DNA of 63,297 nucleotides, filler included, from Choristocarpus tenellus KU-1152 (Eukaryota; Protista; Phaeophyceae), in assembly GCA_964200185.2 (NCBI GenBank). It is 11 parts of 11 records of this genome, joined end to end, with 100 filler letters (N's around TTAATTAATTAA, not from the genome) between each part and the next. Parts side by side here need not be neighbours in the genome. Positions count along the whole stretch, not along the records: positions 6,195 to 22,397 come from CAXNAD020000862.1; positions 22,498 to 28,687 come from CAXNAD020008716.1; 9 more parts are not named here. One strand, 5' to 3'. Positions 14,908-28,787 of this stretch are shown here, piece after piece (within the stretch, counting starts at the first letter, position 1; each line of letters opens with the position of its first letter). The notes under the pieces were generated by a model that searched no databases, was not told the origin of the DNA, and saw nothing but the letters and a program-made list of their open reading frames with translations. The position numbers and the translations under genes are program-made.

Positions 14908-17900
14908 TGTGCACAGGACTGCACAAACCAAACACAACAAAATGCTTGGTGTGGCATTCTCAACCAGGTGTACATAGCTGCATTAATATCTTCACACAGT
15001 AGCTGTTCCAGTCATAGCACTCTGCTGAACTCTCAAAACCCCCATGAAATAATACAACCTAATTCCCCCTCACTGCAAGAGCAACCTTCGGCAAACACAA
15101 GAAATCTTACACCACAGAGTAGTGATCAAATAGAAACCCTGGTGGCACTAAGGAGACCAAAAAATTACTGCTTCTGTAGCACCACAACACATCTACATTG
15201 TTTTCCAACCACTACAATCATATTTGCCAACATACCTACTTCACAAACACAAGCATGACTATAGGAGATGACCTATGGAGTGATGGAAGGAAATGAGTAG
15301 GGAGAGACAACACATGCACACATCCTATGCCCCAACCACACCAATCTGCCTTCATCTCCAAGTCATCCACCTGGTCATCGCTATCACTTCCCAGTACTCT
15401 ATTTTTCTCCTCCTGCCCATCACCCCCTCTCACACCCTTGAGCAGGAGGTCAAGACCTCCCTGGGAAAGACCCTCAAGGGCAGGGTCCATACCCTCCACG
15501 CCAAAGCATATAGCTAAATGTGTACCTAACTCTTCAGCTGACCTATTGAAAATTTTGCCAGGAGGAGAAAGAACATAATTTATTGAGGGGGGATTGAGGT
15601 TGCGCAGGATGAGCAGAGGGGTGAGTGACTGCTGGCAAAGATGTAGAATGATGCTACCTATTTGTGTGAAAGAGGTCATGGATGTGGATCTCTGAGAGGG
15701 AGCAGACAATGGATTGTAATCATCACCACAAGAAGCTGCAGGAGAAGAAAGCGATGTAGGAGAGATGGTAAGGGGAGATACAGAGGAGATGGTGCTTATC
15801 CCTATGAGCTCTGTTCATTCTCCAAAGAACACCTCCGCAGTATGATACACTTCAACTACTACTTGCAAGAACAAATATCACCTCAAAACAGAGAACATAA
15901 AGGTATCCAATCTTAAGGACAGAAGACTGTCCATGACGCTGACAGTGTGTCAAGAGTGGACCATTTAGTCCCCTCTAAAAATCAGAAATAGCTAAAAAAA
16001 AATGTTGCGTGTATTCCTCTGTAGTGCTACTACCACGAATTGCATCAAACGCTTTGTGGTGGTGAGAGCAGATAGGGTGGGACTAGGGGGTGGATTGCTC
16101 GACTCGCACAAAACCTTACACATCTACAACTACAGTATTTAAACCCATGCAATGCACTAAAGTACAAGAAAACGATGCATCCCTTCTGACACACCACATT
16201 GGAGACCATCTTCTGCAAAAGACACTGACGCACAAGAAAACCACATACACTCAAGCACACCAGGGCATCAAAGTTCTGCACAGCACTCTGGGGACCAGAA
16301 AGCACTTCATAGTAAGCATGTATCCATCCAAATCCTCAAGGCAGGAGGCGTAAAACTCCACCACGGATCCTCATATAATGTGCAAGCCCCCCCTCACCCC
16401 AAACCTGAAACTGGATTTCCCACAGAGCATGCACACAAACGAGGTGTCCCCGGCACAGCCTCCCTCCCCCAGACTCCCATTGTTGATCGCTCCCACTCCA
16501 CCTCCCCCATCTGCCCCAATCTCCTCCAAATACCTTGTCTGAAGGAGTACATCCTCCAAAAAAAAGGTCTGAACGGGAAAGGTCCTGAGAGGGCAGGTGG
16601 CGCGTAACAGATCCCAAGGGACAGGGAAGGGGGCATCACAACAGTCTGAAAACGTGCACTGATCGGGTAGTGAGGAGTGGGTGAGCAGGTAAGAATAAAA
16701 AATAGTTGTGAGGGAGGCAAAAGCAACAGAGACCAACTACAAGTATGAGCATGTTTAGGAATGGGTTGTACAAGCAGACACGCACCACTCAACAGCAAAG
16801 TAGCCTTACCTGTCCCCGATGGTGGTGATGGGACAGCCCCCAAAGTAGGAGGCATACTTTCCCTGCTGAAGAGTTGCACTCATGAGCACCACACGAAGGT
16901 CCGGCCGCTGCGGAAGAATGCTCTTGAGAACTATCAGAAGGAACTCGCTGTTCCGATCCCGTTCATGCACCTTCACTCACACACAAACACAAATTTATAG
17001 TCACGGCTGTCATGTTTGGGCTGAGCGGGCAGAGCTTCTGTTTCTCATTCTTTCAAGGGCATTTAAGGCACGCACTCTGTGGGAATATCACTCCAAGAGT
17101 ACACCAGAGTAGACACAATGGTCCCTGTTCACTTCTTCTTCTCAGGGGACTTACAATATGTTGTCTACCCTGGTAGATCGTTGTCTTCTATCATCCCCCG
17201 CAATGCTGTTACCGTATCATGTATTATAGTTACCCGCAGGCACTGTGACCAACTCTTCCCATGCCAAACCATAGGCAATCAAAAACCCTCACAGGAACCT
17301 TGTAATAAAAAGACTTGACATAGCGCTAGACTCAAAAGAAGGGGTCAATGGGCAACACCAGCATGAGAGACTCAACAAATAGGAAAACAAATGGTGAAAT
17401 ATAAAAATATAAAACGCGCAAGAGAGAGGACAGAGGCGTCTCGGTCTACCAGCTCATCAGCATCAAGGTCACGAAGAGACAAGCAATTGCTTCATTCCAT
17501 TCGCTGTGCGACGCTACCCATGTGTGTGTGAAAATGACACTGTGAATAGTGTTTTATCTTTGCAACAAAGCAAGTGGTTCAATTTGAGAGCACGACAGGC
17601 GAAAAAAATAGGAATCCAAAGCCAAAAGGAGAAGTGGGCTGCACAAATGCAAAGCAAAGCAGGTTGCTGATGGGGCTTTGAGACAACTTGCACATCTTCC
17701 CCATCACTGCCCTCAGTACCAAAATATCTGTTGTGATGCTATTGTTGAAGTGGAGGATGAAACAGTTTGCTTGTACTGGTATAAATACTCCCCAAGTATT
17801 AGGAAACATCTCACGAAACTACAGCTCCAGAACTTTAACACGGTACTCCAGGGCACTGAACAATTCTGCATACTTCTTCCTCCCTCACCAGCACTATTTC

Positions 17901-20900
17901 TTAGTGGAATTGAACACCCCTAACACCTTACAGTTATGATTGTCAGACTTGCACTGCGGTCAACACCTTCAAGTTGATGTCAACTTCCACCCACCTCATC
18001 AATAATGACGTGTGTGAACTCCATCAGCATGGGGTCCACAAGCAACTTCTTGAGGAGGATGCCTGGGGTCATGAGAACTAGCTGTGTTTCCCTCGAGGTA
18101 GACGACTCCAGACGAATAGTATAGCCCACCTGATGGCGTGTGTGTGTCCTTATGCATGAATGAACGATTCTTGAAAGTGGGTATTGACACACCTGTCCTT
18201 TGCTTACTCAAAAACACTCTACATGCTATTAATAGTAGTACTTGACGCAATGCCATCAACACAGCACTGACTGTGTAAACTCTTTCAGTTCCGTCGTGGA
18301 CTGTATCAAGAGAATCTATAGTGATAGTCAAACATCAAAAACATAAACCACACTGTAACAGTTGCAAGTCCTACCATGCCCGAATGTGGCTTCACCAAAC
18401 TGATATCAAAAGTAACGCCTGTGATGAAAAGCAAAGCATTACATTCAAAAAGGGCACAGAGGTTGGTTTTACGAGGTAAAATTTAATCAGCACACAGCTT
18501 TTGTCAAGCACCCAAGAGACGTCACATCACACCAGTATCAGAAACCAAACAAAACCCTTGGAATACTAGGAGGGCATTACATTCAAAGTATGGGACAGCA
18601 GCAAACATCGTATCGAATTTAGGATTTCCCCCTCAAACAAAAGTGTCCAAAATATTGTGGTGAGAGAAATGCTGCAAAAAACGAGTTGATATGTCTATCA
18701 AAAGGTGACAAAAGCCTACCATCAAAGACAAGGAAACTGCAAGACAGAGGGCAGATCCCTTCTGCAATCCACGAGGAAATGACAGGGGCCAGGTGTCAAA
18801 CAGCAAACTCAAAAATTTCCCCTAAGAGCTATGGCCTCATTTTGCACTTCCACTAAATACAGACGAAAGCACCCCCTGCAAAACCCACCCATGCTACAAG
18901 GAGAACCAAAGTGACGGCCACAAGCACAATGTGGTAGAACCAACAAGGACATATCACACCTCCCATTCACCCACCGATACACGGAATGATCTATCACCCA
19001 CTGCATATCCTAACACATGCACTTCATTACCGCCCACCATCAGTAAACACCTACTACAGGGACCACCTCTCACCTCTTCCAACCAACAGTTTACAAACCT
19101 CCCACCATGATCACGATCCCAGCCCTCATACCAAATGTGCCCCCTCTACTCTTCCAATTGCCAACCACATGCTCTTACTTTGGTGCCAATCCTCTCCCCT
19201 CGCTCCTCAGCTATCCGCTCAGCAACTGCGATAGCGCTGATCCGTCGCGGCTGCGTGCAAACAATCTTACAGGCCGGTCCCAATGCTGACATAGAACCAG
19301 TCCTTGTCCCTGCCCCCTCTCCTGTCTTAACCTCTGGCCTCTCTCCCACGTCATCTAGGAGGAACTGCGGCACCTGTGTGGACTTACCGCACCCTGTCTC
19401 ACCAGAGATCAAGCACGCCTTGACAAGGTATGTAAGAACAACATTAGGGCAGGGTAGGGTAGGGTAGGGTAGGGTAGAGTGTGTGCGTGTGTGTGTAAGT
19501 TTGAGAGCATTTTCAATTCTAGTGGGCAGGAGGGGCTGGGTCAGTGTAATAAGACTTTTTCAAACTGTCCACATAGGAGCTGATAAAAACTTAACTACAC
19601 AAGTGCTGAAAGAACCAGATGCATTGAATTGCGGCCTCTGTGAAGGATCAACATAGACACAATTACCTTTTGATCAAATTGGTATTGAAGCTTGGATTCC
19701 CTGTCATCACTTAAGCAATCATTTGCCACTAGGTTGTCAAGGGCAATGTTTCACCTCGCCATCCCATCCCATCAACCCCCAAGCTGTGTCTAGCAAATAG
19801 TTGAAACCTCCACGATAACTTCCCAAACTCTCCAATCAGAAATGACAGAGAGGGCTGCAAGACAAGAAAAAAAAAAAATGAGCATACATAGCTCCACCCT
19901 GGAAAGACCACTATGACAAAATTACAAATCCTCCACTAAGCATGCCCCCTCAGCATCTTCTATGAACACAAAAAGTGAAACTTGGGTTCACCTGATGGTC
20001 CCTGACCATGTTCATGATTCGTTCCCTGTACCCCCAAGCCGGCAGCCCTGCTCGAAAAACTGACATGGTTGCCCATGTTGGACTAGCCCTGCGCCTATCC
20101 TGTGCAGCACTGGTGTGGTAGTATGTGTGTGGGGGGTGGGGAGGAGATACTGGTGATGCCCCTTCACCAGTTGAGACCAAGACTCAATGAAAGTATACAG
20201 GCGTGGGGCAGTAAGCACTATCCAGGGCATCCAATCCATCAAGACACCACTTCACCTCCTGGGCTGGCACCAGACTACATGTCAAATATATTTCAAACCT
20301 CAAAAACCCCAGTCATCCCGAGTTCCACAGTCCAGCAATCCTAACTGTTAAGAAATTGTAACACAGGGAATTGGAAAGGAATTGGACAGGAAAAGAAAAC
20401 ATGAGTTAAACAGGGGCTGGGTGGTGGAGAATCTGGGTGCATATCCTCACCGGTAGCTCTGAGCGCGCCACCATAGATTTTTCTTAGATGAACCCGCTCC
20501 TGTTGCTGCAGCTCTTGCCTGTCTTTCTTGGCGGGCTGCCTATGCCATCGTAGCCAATGATGAATAGGGTACAGTGAATGGGAGAGTATATAAATTTTGA
20601 ACTTCAGTTTCAGTGTTTGGTCCTGTTGACCACAAATGATTACTTCGATTGTGCTGCCCAGTGACAGTGGGGCATAGAGGGTTTTAAATACACTTACCGC
20701 TAGTAACATACACAGCCAAGATTTACAGACAACTCATTGGATATTTTCTGGAGTGCAGAGTTGGCGTGTGCTTGCATGGGGAGGTAGATTAACCAGGCAG
20801 AAGAAATCCGGGTACTAGGCTACAAAAGAGATATACTGCAAAAAAATATGTGACCAGAAAGAGCAAAACTGACGTAAGCTGTAGTACTCTCACGAGAACT

Positions 20901-22086
20901 CCAGCACCTCATTATAAAATATGATACTGTACTCCCCCTCCATCAGCCAAAATACAGAGTCTTGCTATGCACCCACCCAAGGTCATTTCACCTCACCTTG
21001 TGTTTCTTTTGCAGCGCAAGCCATGAGGCTGTGTTCATCCCTCCATCCAAGGCGAGTCCCATAACAAAATTTAGCTCTGAAGATGTGGCGGGCTGTCGGT
21101 CAAAGTAGACCCGCAGGAGCTCCTCTCTCTCCTGTCCTAAGAACAGCTCAGGTGGAAGTTTTCCCCCAGAGGTGCCATCACCATTGCCTCTCTCTGATTT
21201 CTTGAACACAGTTATGAACCGCTGGTCTCCTTTATGTCCAAGGAGAAGGAAGAGCAGTGGGGTTTGATGTAATTGATAGAAGTATCAGAAGGCGGGGAAT
21301 ATGGAAATTTGGAGGTGGGAAGTCTCTGGAGACTCCTATCATGGTCGAAATCAGAATCAACACTGTCGTTAAAAATTGCAAAACAGTGGAGCAACAGCAA
21401 ACCTCAGGCGAAGCAACTGGACATGGTGGAGGGCAAATGTTACTGCTTTATTGTGTTATTGTTTGCAAAGAATTGGCAAGCATTGGCAAGCATTGGCAGA
21501 GCACTAGACATAAGCTATTTTCATTGAGTGCAAATGTCCACAGAACTTTGCCACACGCAATCCACCCATTTAGCTGCTTCATTGACTACCAAAAAGCAGT
21601 AAAGAAAAATCTACATACTCCAGATTAAAGCATGTGCAAAAAAATAAGGATTGGATGAGGACAGAGATGGAATATGAAGTATCATGAGAATCTGGGGGAG
21701 CATTTACAGTACATGGTTCGCTTACACCAGCACCCTTATACAGGAGAGATTTCAAGGATACACCACCAAGGACCAAGAATACTAGTATTCCTGTAGCAAC
21801 CATTCACACGACATCCCATGTATCTTTATCTACTAGCACTTTTGTACCATCACTGATTAATATGATGAACCAGGTCAAATGTAATATCTGCCTATTTTCA
21901 GCTTTCCCTGTGAGAGAAGAGAGGATCAGCCCACATCTCAAACACACACACACACACACTCCTGCCCTTCTGTTCCTCACCCTTCCCCTTGGACTTGCTC
22001 CTCAGGCCCAATCTCTTCACAGCTTCATGTATGAACTTGCGTGAAGTGTTGTCCAGGGTAGGCGGAAAGGACAAGGTCGTTGCAGT
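6518..22086 (-). CDS. R3H-domain DEAH/RHA RNA helicase (YTHDC2/DHX36/DHX57 family), multi-exon, both ends incomplete
   Basis: Exons in order give R3H ([32 protein letters not shown]|[10 protein letters not shown], 21981-22086 and 20997-21229), then [38 protein letters not shown]|[47 protein letters not shown]2 ([31 protein letters not shown]) and the OB-fold start CAGLYPNVA follow. Confidence 0.95.
10737..10796. repeat. 17-bp tandem repeat (AGGTGATATGGGACTTC) x~3.5
   Basis: Seen directly. Confidence 0.85.
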
Positions 22087-22356
22087 CTAGTGTCCACCCC
22101 CACCCAAGAGAGTCAAAATGGTGGAAACGCCCAGAGCCAAAGACAGTTGCATGAAAGGAGTGTGATGGCACAATGCCAAAAGACGAGTGAGGATGGTGAG
22201 GGCTGACACTTGCTATTGTTTCAATTCTTGGAGTCTACTTCCTGGAGCAAGAGAAGTTCAGTGCAATATTCCCTTCCCTATAAAGAATGGAAAGGTCTTC
22301 TTGATGTTACCATATTCGAGTACCAACCACTGCATCCACCCTCCAGCCCACCTACG

Positions 22357-22397
22357 GGTCAAAGTATCTTGGGGGGGGGGTGGTTTGTGAGGGGGCG
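22357..22397. mobile_element. MITE family A left end (GGGTCAAAGTATCT-G-run), cut by contig end
   Basis: Matches the terminus of the full copy at 56725-56899. Confidence 0.8.
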
Positions 22398-22497
22398 NNN
22401 NNNNNNNNNNNNNNNNNNNNNNNNNNNNNNNNNNNNNNNNNTTAATTAATTAANNNNNNNNNNNNNNNNNNNNNNNNNNNNNNNNNNNNNNNNNNNN

Positions 22498-22584
22498 CGG
22501 ATTTGAAATGTCAGCATATAAAAAGAGTTGTTTGACCGAAACGGCCGCCCCCCTCACAACCCCCCCCCCCCAGATACTTTGACC
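22498..22584. mobile_element. MITE family A fragment ending in CCCCAGATACTTTGACCC
   Basis: Similar to the copies at 53782-53942 and 57233-57406 and shares the TIR; another terminal fragment lies at 1-33. Confidence 0.8.
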
Positions 22585-23021
22585 CTGTACGTTGCCTTGT
22601 GTCAGCATCTGCGCCGTTGCTCGTACTCTTTTTTTTGCCATATTTTTGTTGTTGTTGTAGTGTACTGTGTGTTGTGTGTTGATCGTGTTGATCGTGTTGA
22701 TCGTGCGTATGTTTTTTTTTTCACAGAACTGCTCATCAACGTCGCACTTGTGTCTGACATCATCTTGATTTTTTTTTTCTTTCGGTTTTTAATAATTCCG
22801 ACTCGTACCGGTGAATTTATTTTGCAAAATGAAAATAAAAAATAAATAAATATATATACGATTTTTTTTTTTGTATTGGTATATTTTGGGGACTTGTACT
22901 TTAATATTGTAGTTCTTGATTTTTGTAGCTCGTACTGTTGAGTAGAAATAAATATACAGTGCTCTTTTTAATTTTTATTTTATTCCTTTTTTCTGACATT
23001 TCTCTTCTTTTTTTTTTCCAG

Positions 23022-26000
23022 GCCCGGGAGGAAGCCATTGAAAAAGGAGAAGACCCAGATGTGGCAGAGGCTGCCCTCCTCAATCAACTAGCTGGTGAAG
23101 GGCAGGAGCAGCAACAGCAGGTTGAGGCTCAGCCTGAGCCTGTGCCTGTGCCTGAACCTGCTCAGCCTCAGATGGATCAGGGAGGGTTTGGGACTGGAGG
23201 ACCAGGATTCGACCAGATGGGAATGTTTGGCCAGGTGTGATGGGCTTGATTTAGGGTTAGGGTTAGAATTGTGAGTGTTGCAGGCAGGGTAAAAAAAATA
23301 TATGTATATATATATTTATATATATGCCTCTCTGCTAAGTGGGGCAGAGGTTGAGTTTTAGGGTTATTGAGCTGTTGAAGTTTTTTATCTCTTGGTCCCA
23401 TTTTGTGTTACGAATCTTTTTCTTTTTGGAAATGGTGGCAATCTATTTTTATTTTTATTGAAGGAAATAAAAAATCTTGACGTTTTATGTTGTTACTGTT
23501 TGGTGAAAAATGTAAGGTGTTTTGATTGGTGAACATATATACACACACACACACATACAATAAATATATGTGTGTGTGTATATATGTATCCTGTGTTTTT
23601 GGTGTGGTGATGAGATTGTTTCTGTGTGCTACTGCAGGACCATGATCTCTCTCCGGCAGTGTCCCTTGGAAATCTGTTTTTTTTTCTTTGTTTTTTAACC
23701 CTTTGTTGTGAGTTAGGGTTAGGGTTAGTTTTGTGATTGTTTTTACCCTAATGTGTTCGACTGGTTGGGGGTTAGGGTTAGGGTTCAGGTTAGGGTTCAG
23801 GTTAGGGTTAGGGTTAGGGTTAGGGCTAGGATTTGCATAGGGTTTTTAGGGGGTAGGGTTAATTTCTGGGTAAGAGTTGAGGTTGGGGTTGTTTGGACTA
23901 GGGTTAGGGTTAGGGTTAGGGTTAGGGTTAGGGTTAGGGTTAGGGTTAGGGTTAGAGTTAGAGTTAGAGTTAGAGTTGGGGTTAGGGATATGGTTGGGGT
24001 TGAGGGATTGGTATGTGGTATGGTTGGAATTGTCAACCATGTTAAATGTTTTTGTGTAATGTTCTTTTGTTAGTACTCTACCTGTCCACTACTACTGTTG
24101 TTGTTGTTGGTGGTTTGTTTGGCAACATTGTCTACCGGTGCACTTTAGAGTCGCTTGTTGCATCTTTTTGAAAGAGATGGACATATTCTTTTTTTTATCT
24201 GTATTGCTGTGTGGATGAGAAGTATCCTACTTTGGAGGCGCACGTGCATGGCCTGTGTTTTGTTGAGTGGGTGGTGTAGATAGTGGTTGCATCTATTTTT
24301 TAATTTTTCGTTCTTTCTTTCGTTCTTTTTTTTTTGTTTTGGTAAGGTAAGGTAAGGTAAGGTAAGGTAAGGAGTCAATTCTTGTACTCTACCAGTAGGT
24401 TCTTGTTTCAGTTTATCTTGTCTTTGTCTGCTTGTGGTGCTTGTTGCACTGTGAACAGGGAGGAGGCATGAGTGGGTGGGGTGCCATGGGTGGTGGAGGT
24501 ATGGGCATGGGAATGGGCAATGGCATGGGGGTGGAACCGCCAGCCCCTGAGCCAGCCCTGCCGATAATGCTACCTGCTCCTAGGGAGACGAGCATTGGGG
24601 TGAGGAAAGAAATCATGCTAAGAGAAAAGATTTTGTGTATTAAAATTTTATTTTTATTAAATTTATTTTTATTTAAATTTATTTTTCTCTTTGTTGGACT
24701 TCCCCCGCCCCCCTCCTCTCCATCCCCCAAAGAAAAAACTTAGTTTTACATGGAGGTTGATTTTGAGTCTCATATTAAAATAAAAACCGTGTACATGAAT
24801 GAAAATCTTTTGGGGTTGGAGTTAGGGTTAGGGCTGGGGTTTTAGCATATTGATAGTCTTGGTAGACGTATTTCCATGAGCAGGTAATGGTTGGTTTTTC
24901 TGACTTGGAACTGGGTTCTGTGATCTGAGTTCAAGGAATAAAGGGTGGTATTATCTGGAAGGGTAGTATCCTCAGGTAGATTTTTTTTCATCTTTTTGTT
25001 GAGCGCTTGATGAGAGTTGCATTTATTTGACAAGGCGTTTTTTGATGCGGTGAGCAGGGGAGTGTAATGCACTTGACATGAGGATTGCAGTAGTACACTA
25101 GAAATTTAGAGCTGGTTAAGGATAGGAGAGATGCGATTATTGGTGAATAGGTATTAAATAGAGTCAGTGTAAAATATCTCAAACAAACCACATGGGTGAT
25201 ACGTATGGTTGATGCAAACAGCATACATACACATGAGACTTAGATCTGCTGCTAAGTTTTTAGAAATGCGCATGACTTGAAATGACAAGGGGGTAGAGTC
25301 AGTTAGAGCTGTAACAGCCAACAATTTGGTGACATGAGTGATGGATGACAGCAGACATACACATGGATGAAGGGGGGGATAATGGCGATGAGGTGTTTGT
25401 CATTTTATGGGTTTTTTTTTCTTCATTTTTGTCCTTTTTTTGTTGAAATTCTCTGTGGAATGCTCCTGATTTTTCCTCGCACTTCCCCCTTTTTTTCTTT
25501 TTATTTATGTATGTGGTTGTATGCAAGTATATATGTTAGTATGTAGGTATGTAGGTATGTAGGTATGTAGGTATGTATATGTGTATGTATTATATAAGTA
25601 TGTATATATGCTTCTGACTTTGTAATTTGCTGACTAAAATCTATTTTCATTACCGCCTCTTTTTTTATAAATCCATCATTATTGTTACACGGCAGTTGTC
25701 ACAAATATGATACTGTTTTAAGAGCAAGGTATAACTCCTGCCACTCCTGCCCCCCCCCCCCCCCCCCCCCCCCCCCTCTCCCCCCCTCCCCTCTTCTTGG
25801 CCCTCTTTCCTGTGCGCGTTTTCTGTTTATAATCTTTNNNNNNNNNNGTTGTAACAAAAATATGAGATTTTTAATAGATGTATATACCTCCCCCCCCCCC
25901 TGCCCCCCCCCCCCCCCCACCCCTCCTATGTTTGACCTTTTACTCTTAATTGTGCATTTTGTTATGTCTGTGTTACTGATTAAAAATATATATGAAGGGC

Positions 26001-26492
26001 TGGAGCAACATGGGGGAGGTGGACATGGCCTTCGGGATGTGGATGGATGCCATTGATAACAATGGAGGAGGAGATAGCTACAGTGAAGGGGATGTGAGCA
26101 AGTCCGGTCTTGTACTCACACTTGATTGACACTTGTCATCTTACTGTTTATTATTGATGAACGGAAAAATTATATGCGTCCCTGATGCTCACCAAAACCC
26201 CAGCCCTAGCCCTAACCCTAGCTCTAACCCTAACCCTAACCCTAACCCTACTTTTTATCTTCATAGGCGTATGTAGCATGCAAGAGTGTAATTTGTTCAA
26301 TAAGATGCATTTGTGAAGGGTCCAGTCATATGAGAGCATACTGTGTGTGTGAGTGTGTGTGTGTGTGATGTTAGAGTATGATGTGAGCCTTGAGTGTAAC
26401 ATTGGTACCAGCAGAGACTGTTACCTCGTGTAAAAAAAATAATGTTTAAAAAAAAATGCTAAGGATTTTTTTAAATTTAGGGAGACGGATAG

Positions 26493-26535
<43 letters not shown>

Positions 26536-28002
26536 AGTGTTCTGGAAAAAATGGTAAAGCTCTCTCTACGATATGTAGTAGTAGCAAGATCTCTTCATTC
26601 AGTGCCCGAATCTACAAATAGAGGTCTCCTAACCCTAACCCTAACCCTATCCTCCAGCGGGTGTGTGTAAGACTTGTAGATTGGCAGGGACTGGTTCCTC
26701 TTTGTGCAGAAGAAGGCTGGTTCACTGACTATTTTTTGTTGTGTGAATTTTGTGGGTGCAGTCTATTGGGGGGAGGGAGGGGGGGGGCGGGGCGGATCAA
26801 TTGTAGGTTTGGACATTATGGGTTACTTCTAATTAGATGTTATGATGTGTAAGAGTACAGCAGTGTTTATAGTAGTGATTTATTCAAGAGAGGGAGGACA
26901 TAGTGGAAGGTCAGTAGGGGGTATGGTGGTCAGGTGAGTATTGGTGGGATAATGAGGTTGGGGTGGGGGTTGAGGTTGGAGGTAGGATTAGGGTTTGTAA
27001 AGGCGATGATTTCTCATATGACTGTTATATTGTATAGACTTTTATGAGTATTGATTTGCGAGAATTGTAGGTGGTGTGAGACTCTCTGTATGTTATTAGT
27101 ATTATTATTATTGTTATTATGCCTTATCCAATCGGCCCTTCCCCTATCCCTAACTGTGAACAATATACATATATATATATATATATGTTATTTTTGCTTT
27201 GAATGAATGTGGACATACGACCTCAACTGACGATTTGTATTGCGTGTGTGGGAAGATGGCACTACACAGTCCCAGCTTACACCTTTTTTTTCTTGCGAAA
27301 CCCTAACCCTAACCCTAACTGAGAAGAAAATAAAACGCCTGCTTGTCTCTACAGACGGAGAGCGTCGTGTCCAATCCAGGGTCAGAAAAGAGGAGGAGTG
27401 CGAGGAAGAACGTTGCCAGGGAGTTGTTAGAGACAGAGGACACGTGAGCATTGTATCCCTCACCTCATGCCATAACACTTCCGCCTGGTGAAAGAAACGA
27501 TAACTATGATGATTTAAGTATGCATGTATGTATTATGTATTATGTATGTATATGTGCATGTATTTATGATTGGACTATATACAAAATTGTATTAATTGTA
27601 CATGAATATTTTGTTTTTGGTATGTACATATTATGTATGTGTATGTATATATATATATATATATATTTTTTGGTTATTAAATAAAAATGTCTTGTTGATT
27701 GTGCTGATGTATACAAAATAGTGTGCATACCCCCACTCCCTCTCTCCGTGGATATTTGAACTGTGAACTAGACTACCGCCTTAATTTTAAAAATAAAATA
27801 AAAATAAGAGTCATCTCCTCTCGTGTGTAAAAGGTATGTGAAGATGTTGGAGGCGTTACTGTCGACGGTGATCCGACCATGTCTGGGGCAGGGGGCAAAC
27901 AAGTCCACACCGCTTGGGAAGCAGGAGGCGAATGAGCTCTTTGGCACACTTAGAGCTGAGGAGATTCTTGCAATTAACACCGCCTTCAGGGAGCAGCTGA
28001 AG
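23022..28002 (+). CDS. Dbl-homology (RhoGEF) domain protein, partial (exons 23022-23234, 24459-24599, 25998-26093, 27355-27443, 27834-28002)
   Basis: Phase-consistent GT-AG exons. The last two join to RKNVARELLETEDT|YVKMLEALLSTVIRP...LGKQEANELFG...EEILAINTAFREQLK, the DH helix-1 consensus (EL..TE..YV..L). The N-terminal part is Q/P- and G/M-rich. Confidence 0.82.
23770..23990 (+). repeat. Interstitial telomere-like (TTAGGG)n / (TTAGAG)n array in an intron
   Basis: Seen directly; shorter arrays near 1310, 5890, 23712, 26205, 26628, 27300, 29350, 32332, 32848. Confidence 0.93.
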
Positions 28003-28022
28003 GTTAGATTTGTACTGTATAT

Positions 28023-28084
<62 letters not shown>

Positions 28085-28085
28085 G
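28023..28085. repeat. (TTG)n microsatellite
   Basis: Seen directly. Confidence 0.95.
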
Positions 28086-28787
28086 AAGTTTTATTTTTTA
28101 CTGTTGTTGAAGTTCGTTATTTTTGTTTTTGAAGTGTTGGGGTTGCTAGTTTTGCGTTTATTCGTAGGGCATTTGATTCAAAATAATGTTTGGCATGTAA
28201 CTGGTGAGGGTCGGTGAAAGATTGGTTGGAGATGTGTGAGAGGGCTGGTAGAAGTGAAGCATAATTGAAGTACGAGGTAATGAAAATTAGAGATAGGGTT
28301 AGTGGGTAATGCTTGGATTTGTATCATAGCGTTCTTTGCCTTTTGAGGCGAAGTCAACTAAGTTCTGTAAGGGGTGAGGTTTGGACTAAGACTGGAGGGT
28401 GGCACAGTTTGGGTTTGTTTAAAACACCGTGCAGAACGTTCTTGGACTGTTCCATTTTGACATGATTAATATCGGACAGAGGCAGTCGAAAATACACTTA
28501 TATATTTTTTTATGCAGAGTTTTTGATAGGCTTTACGAGGGTCCTGTTTGTCCCTAATTTTGAGATATGTTATTGTGAAAATGTTGACATGTGATCTTGA
28601 TGCAAATTGTGACATGGAAAATTAGGGCCTGAATGGACAGCCGTCACCTCCCCCCCCCCCCCCACCCATCTTGTTCCCCCCCCTCGTNNNNNNNNNNNNN
28701 NNNNNNNNNNNNNNNNNNNNNNNNNNNNNNNTTAATTAATTAANNNNNNNNNNNNNNNNNNNNNNNNNNNNNNNNNNNNNNNNNNNN

